The translations under genes and the position numbers were made by a program. Under the pieces are notes generated by a model. It was not told where the DNA came from and searched no databases. It saw only the letters and a program-made list of their open reading frames with translations. Of a stretch of 64,000 nucleotides of DNA, positions 58,207 through 64,000 are shown piece after piece (within the stretch, counting starts at the first letter, position 1; every line of letters begins with the position of its first letter). Origin of the DNA: an uncultured Spirochaetota bacterium. Lineage in GTDB: Bacteria; Spirochaetota; Spirochaetia; SZUA-6; Fen-1364. Location of the stretch: contig CAVTHO010000007.1 of NCBI GenBank assembly GCA_963734545.1, positions 288,001-352,000 on the forward strand, in the 5' to 3' direction.

Positions 58207-60675
58207 CTACTGCTCCAGCATGTCAGAAATGAGGTGGTAGAGGCGGGACGCCGTCTCCCGGTCCTCCGGGGAAAGAATGTCACCCGGTTCGTCGGCAAGA
58301 TTCTCCAGGCTCGCCAGGGTTTCCGTGCGCGCAGTGAGGAGACTTTTCTCCGACTTGAACCAATAGCTGGTCTTCCAATCCGTGTACAGCGTGAGAAATC
58401 CCAGCCGCCTCGACTTCCTCTGAAGCGGGCAGAGGCAGAGCAGGCGCGGCAGGTGGGAGCAGAGCTCCTTCCCCTCCGAGGCGAAAGAGAAGGTCCTGCC
58501 CTCCGGCCACTCCTCCCACACGCCCTCCTCGGTGTGCAGAAACGGCGCGAGCGTGAGAACGGTGCCCAGCTTCATGCCCGCGAATATTTCGCGCCCCGAC
58601 CAGACGATGGTCCCCCTCAGGTTTCTGTAGCTCGGGAGGTTCGCCGGCGATATCTCCTGCAGCACCGGCCGCAGGCTCTCCCATTCCATGGTCACCAGCT
58701 TCCTGCCGCCCTTGATCGTGCGGATCGGGAATACGCGCTCCCCGATCTTGATCTGGTTCGTGAAATCCCGCGCTCTCTCCTTCTCCGCCGGCGCGGCCAC
58801 GCCGCGGACAAAGGCACCGTGCAGGAGGGGTGAGATCCGCGCCAGCATCTGCTTCTTCAGGGGCGAGACGGAGCGGGCGTACATCCGGGAGGTGCGCACG
58901 ACCTCTCCGGCGACGATGTAGGGCGGGTTCTCGCGGAACATGAGGGAGCCCGGGTGGATCTGGATGCGGTCCGCCGTGAGGCTGCGGTAGATCCCCTTGC
59001 CGGTGCGCTCGCAGACGAACTGGATGAGGCCGCGTGCCACCGCGCACAGGAAATCGTCCCAGGAGCCGCCGGATCCGATGGGTACCCCCATTGCGCTCAC
59101 GATCTCCTCGAGCTGGCCCCTGATGTTTGCGATCTCGTTCATCGTGCGCAGATCGAGGTAGTAGTTGTCGCAGAACCGGCCCTTGTTTCCCGATCGGAGA
59201 AACGCCTCGAAGATCCGCTGATAGGACACGAAGTCCCCCAGGGGATCGCGGAAGGTGTGGTGCGCGCGCCGCGCCTCCAGCTCCTCGCCTGCCGGGAGCA
59301 GGAACGGGGAGTTCACGGAGAGGAACGTGGCGGCGATGATGACTTCCGCCGTCACCGAGGGGTATGCGCGGATGGCCTCCACGATCATGCGCGCGTGCTT
59401 GGGCAGGATGGGGAACTTGCACATCATCGTGCCGATTTCGGTGAGGCCGCGCTCCTCGTTCAGGGCATCCAGCAGGCGGAGGGTCTCGACCGCCGCCCGG
59501 ATGCCCTCCTGCCCCGGCGGGGAAAGGAAATCGAAGGACTCGAAGTCGCGGATGCCCAGCTCCGCCATGCGCAGCACCACTTCCGAAAGGTCGGTGCGCA
59601 GGATTTCTTCCATCGTGTACATCGGCCGGGCTTCATAGTCCTTGTGCGTATAGAGCCGATGGCAGACCCCGGGGGCGGTGCGGCCCGCCCTTCCGCGGCG
59701 CTGATTGCAGGAGGCCTTGGAGACGGGCACCTCGATCAGTGACTCCGTGAAAGTGCGGGGACTGTAGAAGTTCACCTTGCCGAGGCCGGAGTCGATGACG
59801 TGCACCACGCCGTCGATCGTAATGCTCGTTTCCGCGATGTTCGTGGACACGATGACCTTCCGTTTGCCCGGGAACTCGAGGAAGACGCGTCCCTGGTCCT
59901 CGTGGGAAAGCCGCGCGTACAGGGGGAGAAGGGCCAGCTCATTGCCCGTGTCCAGGTCCGCCAGCATCTGCACGCAATCCTTGATCGCCAGCTCGCCGGG
60001 AAGAAAAATCAGGATGTCGCCCGCCTCCTTCTTCCGCATGATCTGGGCCACGATGTCGCGGATCCTGAGCTGCAGGCTTTCGTTGTCTCCCTCGATCTCG
60101 GGGGGCGTGTAGCGGAGCTCCACGGGGAACATGGGGGCATCGATGCCCACGATGGGGCACCCGTCGAAGTACTCCGAAAAGACCTCCACGTTGATCGTTG
60201 CGGAGGACACGATGACGCGGAACTCCGGCCGGGCCTCGAGGATGCTTTTCAGCATTCCCAGGATGAAATCGATGTTGAGGCTGCGTTCGTGCGCCTCGTC
60301 GACCATGAGAACGCCGTACCGTGAGAGGAGCCGGTCCCCCTTCAGCTCCTGGAGCAGGATGCCGTCCGTCATGATCTTGATCTCGGTGCGCGGGTCCGTC
60401 CGATCCTCGAATCGCATCGTGTAGCCGATCGTGTCCGGAATGGTTTTTCCCATCTGGCGCGCGATGAACTCGGAAACGGATACCGCGGCGATCCTCCGCG
60501 GCTGCGTGACTCCCACGATGCCCCGCCGCGTGTAGCCCGCCTCGTGCAGGATCAGGGGAATCTGGGTCGTCTTGCCGGATCCCGTGGGGCTCTCCACGAC
60601 GATGACCTGGTGGCTCTCGAGGGCGGCCAGGATCTTTTCTCTCTGCTGGTAGACCGGCAGCTGGTAGGGGTCCAT
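58207..60675 (-). CDS. hrpA: DEAH-box ATP-dependent RNA helicase HrpA
   Basis: SPTGSGKTTQIP, TQPRRIAA, DEAHERS, SAT, QRRGRAGR. Confidence 0.9.
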   Translation of the reverse strand: MDPYQLPVYQQREKILAALESHQVIVVESPTGSGKTTQIPLILHEAGYTRRGIVGVTQPRRIAAVSVSEFIARQMGKTIPDTIGYTMRFEDRTDPRTEIKIMTDGILLQELKGDRLLSRYGVLMVDEAHERSLNIDFILGMLKSILEARPEFRVIVSSATINVEVFSEYFDGCPIVGIDAPMFPVELRYTPPEIEGDNESLQLRIRDIVAQIMRKKEAGDILIFLPGELAIKDCVQMLADLDTGNELALLPLYARLSHEDQGRVFLEFPGKRKVIVSTNIAETSITIDGVVHVIDSGLGKVNFYSPRTFTESLIEVPVSKASCNQRRGRAGRTAPGVCHRLYTHKDYEARPMYTMEEILRTDLSEVVLRMAELGIRDFESFDFLSPPGQEGIRAAVETLRLLDALNEERGLTEIGTMMCKFPILPKHARMIVEAIRAYPSVTAEVIIAATFLSVNSPFLLPAGEELEARRAHHTFRDPLGDFVSYQRIFEAFLRSGNKGRFCDNYYLDLRTMNEIANIRGQLEEIVSAMGVPIGSGGSWDDFLCAVARGLIQFVCERTGKGIYRSLTADRIQIHPGSLMFRENPPYIVAGEVVRTSRMYARSVSPLKKQMLARISPLLHGAFVRGVAAPAEKERARDFTNQIKIGERVFPIRTIKGGRKLVTMEWESLRPVLQEISPANLPSYRNLRGTIVWSGREIFAGMKLGTVLTLAPFLHTEEGVWEEWPEGRTFSFASEGKELCSHLPRLLCLCPLQRKSRRLGFLTLYTDWKTSYWFKSEKSLLTARTETLASLENLADEPGDILSPEDRETASRLYHLISDMLEQ

Positions 60676-60747
60676 TCTCTTGTTGCCTCACTTGTCCGCG
60701 CGTTCGCCGGGACAGTACACTATAGTACGGAGGGAAGGAGGACGGCT

Positions 60748-61887
60748 ATCCTCACACCGGGCAAGAAAGGGGCGCGCACGGAGCGCTTCGACCAGGAAGT
60801 CGCATCCTTCGTGCGCACCATTCCCGTCATGCTTCCCCGCGAGATCGAATCCCACGTCGCGGCGTGCGGGTACGTGGGCCAGGGAAAAGCAGTCCGCGCG
60901 ATCGCCCTGGGCGCGTACCGGCACGTGAGCCGCCTGCGCAAAGTCTGGCTGGAGGGGGCCCGCAGGGAGAGTCTTCCCCCCAAGACCACCATGCTGTTCG
61001 TCGGTCCGACGGGCTGCGGCAAGACCTATCTCGTGGAGATACTCTTTCGTGACATCCTGCGGCTGCCGACGGTCGTGATCGACATGACCGGATTCTCCGA
61101 GACCGGATATGTCGGCCAGGATGTCAATTCCATCCTCACCCGTCTCCTGTATGCGGCCGACATGAGCCTCGCCTACGCGGCAATCGGGATCGTCTGCCTG
61201 GACGAGTTCGACAAGCTGGCCTCGGGTCAGAACAGCGCGGTCTTCTCAGGGGCAGGCACGACAAAGGACGTATCGGGGCTCGGCGTGCAGCGCGAGCTCC
61301 TGAAAATGCTCGAATCCATCGAGATACCGGTGCCCCTGGAGTACACACATTCGGACTATGCGCCCAAGGCCATGATGTCCACGCAGGATGTCGGTTTCGT
61401 CGCCTGCGGCGCTTTTTCCGGTCTGAAAGGCATGATCGAGCAGACGGGGACCGAGCACATCGGCTTCGGCCGCGCGCCACTCTCCGGCGAACAGGAGAGG
61501 ATCGCGGTTTCCTACACGGAAGAGGACGTGATGCTCGCCCGCAACTTCATGAGCTACGGTTTCCTCCCCGAGCTGATCGGGAGATTTCGCAGGATCGTCC
61601 CCTTCGAGGCCCTGACCCGGGAGCAGCTCGCGCTGATCCTCCGCACGACCCTTCTGCCGCAGTACACCAACGAGTTTCTGCTGGAGGGGAAGGAGCTCGA
61701 GGTTTCCGACGCTGTTCTCGACCGGATCGTGGAGGAAAGCCTGAAGAAGGAGACGGGCGCGCGCGCCCTGGAGGCGAGCTTCATGCGCTACCTTGAGGAT
61801 GCCGCATTCGAAGCGTTCTCCGAACCGGCCGCCCGCAAGGTGTCCTTGAGCGTGCGCGAGAACGAAATTGTCCACGACATCTCCTGA
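60748..61887 (+). CDS. ClpX-like AAA+ ATPase lacking the N-terminal zinc-binding domain (start uncertain, possibly ATC)
   Basis: GPTGCGKT, ETGYVG pore loop, LDEFDK, DVSGLGVQRELLK, IGF loop, TGARAL. Confidence 0.82.
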   Translation: MLTPGKKGARTERFDQEVASFVRTIPVMLPREIESHVAACGYVGQGKAVRAIALGAYRHVSRLRKVWLEGARRESLPPKTTMLFVGPTGCGKTYLVEILFRDILRLPTVVIDMTGFSETGYVGQDVNSILTRLLYAADMSLAYAAIGIVCLDEFDKLASGQNSAVFSGAGTTKDVSGLGVQRELLKMLESIEIPVPLEYTHSDYAPKAMMSTQDVGFVACGAFSGLKGMIEQTGTEHIGFGRAPLSGEQERIAVSYTEEDVMLARNFMSYGFLPELIGRFRRIVPFEALTREQLALILRTTLLPQYTNEFLLEGKELEVSDAVLDRIVEESLKKETGARALEASFMRYLEDAAFEAFSEPAARKVSLSVRENEIVHDIS

Positions 61888-61922
61888 TCGGGAGACGGAG
61901 CCCCCGGGCCCCTCCGCGGCCG

Positions 61923-62792
61923 ATGATTTCCCGGATCTCGGCGGCGGGCCGCGAGATCCTGAGCCTCGTGGAGGATCAGGTGGCCCTCGGACCGCGCGCG
62001 CCCGGAACAGAGCCGCACGATCAGCTTGCCCGGCGGTTGGAGCTGCACCTGCGGGAGAATGGCGCGGAAGTGACGGTGCAGGAGTTCGCGGTCAGTTTTC
62101 GGGAACGCACCCTGCACTGCGCGAATATCGTGGGAGTCTTCAGGGCGCGCCTGCACCTGTCGGGCGGGGGCCCCCCGATCCTTGCAGGCACGCACTATGA
62201 CACGCGCATCCGAGCGGACCGGGAGGCTGACCCCGCACGGCGGGAATGTCCGATCCCCGGGGCGAACGACGGTGGATCCGGCACGGCGGTCCTTCTCCAC
62301 ATGCTGCCGTGGCTTTCTCGCGCGGATCTGGCGCGCGATGTGGCCATCGCATTCTTCGACGCGGAGGATCTGGGGAATATCGACGGGAAAGACTTTTCCC
62401 TTGGAGCGGAGTGGTGCGCCGCGCATCCGGTGGCCGGCTTCGCGCCCATGGAAATGGTGGCCCTGGACATGGTGGGCGGACGGGACATGGTGCTCGACAT
62501 CGACGCGTACTCTCTCGAGCACCAGGCCAGCCTGAATCTGACTAGGGACATGTTCCGGCTGGGGCTGGCCCGGGGGTGGGAACCGTTCACCCGGGACAAG
62601 CCGGAGCGCGTCAAATACATCGTCTCGGACCACTATCCGTTTGTCCGCCGGGGGACCGCTTCCTGTATTCTCATCGATATCGACTACCCTCAGTGGCACA
62701 CGCAGGAGGACCTGCCGGGGGCGCTGTCCGCGGATTCCCTCGGGATCATCGAAGCAGCGCTGCGGCTTTTTCTGTCGCGGCCGCCAGGCTGA
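61923..62792 (+). CDS. M28-family peptidase / glutaminyl-cyclase-like protein
   Basis: HYDTR, GANDGGSG, FDAED, LDMVG, SDHYPF, WHTQED. Confidence 0.85.
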   Translation: MISRISAAGREILSLVEDQVALGPRAPGTEPHDQLARRLELHLRENGAEVTVQEFAVSFRERTLHCANIVGVFRARLHLSGGGPPILAGTHYDTRIRADREADPARRECPIPGANDGGSGTAVLLHMLPWLSRADLARDVAIAFFDAEDLGNIDGKDFSLGAEWCAAHPVAGFAPMEMVALDMVGGRDMVLDIDAYSLEHQASLNLTRDMFRLGLARGWEPFTRDKPERVKYIVSDHYPFVRRGTASCILIDIDYPQWHTQEDLPGALSADSLGIIEAALRLFLSRPPG

Positions 62793-64000
62793 GCCGATCG
62801 TAGGTCTGCCGGGACCGCAGGTCTTTCAGGTTGACCACGCCGACCTTTTCCTCTTCCTCTCCGCACACCAGAGCGAGCGGGATTCCCTTCTTTTCCGCAT
62901 AGGCGAACTGGATCGCAAGCTTCTTTTTCTCCGGAAAGACTTCGGCGGCCACGCCGGCGGTACGAAGGGCTTCGGCGAACCGATGATAGGTGCCCAGGAG
63001 ACGCTCCTCCAGGTTCAGGATGAGCACGGACGCGGCGGTCCCCGGCCCGGTCAGCAGGCCTAATTCCTCCATGGCGGTCATGAGCCGGTCCACCCCGATT
63101 GATGCGCCCACACCCGGCACGCTCTGCCTGGTGTAGAGGGCGGCGAGGTCGTTGTACCGTCCGCCCGAGCACACTGAGCCGATGTCGGGCAGGTCGGAGA
63201 GGAAAGTCTCGAACACGATCCCCGTGTAATAGTCGAGCCCCCGGGTGATCGAGGGATCAAGGACATAGGAACGGGAGACGCCAAGCTGGTCCAGGCAGTC
63301 AGCGACCGTGGTGAGGCGCCGCACCGCTTCGTGCGTTTCACCCACCGCGGCGCCCAGCTTTGCCACCGTCAGCGCGGAGGTTGGCTCGACCCGCGTGAAA
63401 TCGAGGATGCGCCCGGCGTTCTCCTCACCGGCAATCTCCGCGAGCATCTCCCGTGCCTTTTCCTCTCCGACCTTGCGCCGCTTGTCGATTGCGCGCAGCA
63501 CGTCCGTGGAGCGCGCCTCGAGGCCGTGACGCGCGAGGAAGGCGTTGAATACGCCCCGATGCGCGTAATGGATGGCGAACTTTTCGATTCCCAGCATCCT
63601 CATGCTCTCCCGCATCAGGAGGAGAATCTCCAGGTCCGCCGACGCAGTGTCCGTGCCGACCACGTCGAAGTCCACCTGCATGAACTCCCGGTAGCGGCCG
63701 CGCTGCGTGTTCTCGCCTCTCCAGACCTTTGCCGCATGCCATCTGCGAAAGGGGAGGGCGAGCTCCGAAAGGTGGGCCGCGATGAACCGGGCAAAGGGGA
63801 CGGTGAGATCGAACCGCATCGCCAGCTCGCGCCCGCCGTGATCCGTGAACCGATAGACCTCTTTGTCCGTTTCACCGCCGCCCTTGCCCAGCAGCACTTC
63901 GGCGAATTCGAGCACCGGTGTGTCGATGGGGGCGTAGCCGAACAGGCGGAATGCCTGCGACAGGCGCTGGATGATCGAGAGCCTCCGCGCTTCCCTGTCG
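62746..64000 (-). CDS. hisS: Histidine--tRNA ligase (5' end outside the window)
   Basis: LAMRFDLTVP, RGENTQRGRYREFMQVD, RGLDYYTG, GGRYN. Confidence 0.96.
   Translation of the reverse strand, partial: DREARRLSIIQRLSQAFRLFGYAPIDTPVLEFAEVLLGKGGGETDKEVYRFTDHGGRELAMRFDLTVPFARFIAAHLSELALPFRRWHAAKVWRGENTQRGRYREFMQVDFDVVGTDTASADLEILLLMRESMRMLGIEKFAIHYAHRGVFNAFLARHGLEARSTDVLRAIDKRRKVGEEKAREMLAEIAGEENAGRILDFTRVEPTSALTVAKLGAAVGETHEAVRRLTTVADCLDQLGVSRSYVLDPSITRGLDYYTGIVFETFLSDLPDIGSVCSGGRYNDLAALYTRQSVPGVGASIGVDRLMTAMEELGLLTGPGTAASVLILNLEERLLGTYHRFAEALRTAGVAAEVFPEKKKLAIQFAYAEKKGIPLALVCGEEEEKVGVVNLKDLRSRQTYDRLSLAAATEKAAALLR

Overview
GC-rich bacterial chromosome segment, most likely from a free-living spirochaete (Spirochaetia). 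The lineage is inferred from the DUF1577/PilZ protein, HrpA, the Maf/DUF115 and SurA/PpiD-like neighbours, and spirochaetal-type lipoproteins. It is mostly core genome: glgP, mutL, PBP1A, aroA/aroB, hisS, acpP, gcvH, Phn and Mla/MCE ABC systems, and tRNA-Asp/tRNA-Pro. I saw no prophage, IS or CRISPR. Many genes, housekeeping ones included, are broken by single-base frameshifts without stop-codon decay, which points to long-read consensus error. The most notable item is a ~1,650-aa outer-membrane protein (30.9-35.8 kb) whose motifs follow the order of SprA/Sov, the type IX secretion translocon. It is followed by a 4-unit covarying hairpin array and two paralogous beta-barrel genes (one FecR-fused), making a candidate T9SS-like export locus outside Bacteroidota. 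Other items of interest: a sigma-less partner-switching locus (split Cache-HAMP sensor, PP2C, STAS, RsbW-like kinase, unknown GHKL-like protein), a candidate ~100-nt sRNA with an anti-SD loop, a duplicated operator at the CGNR regulator, a rod-like ncRNA candidate, several leaderless promoters and a possible AUC-initiated ClpX paralog. All family assignments are by eye from motifs; no database searches were run.
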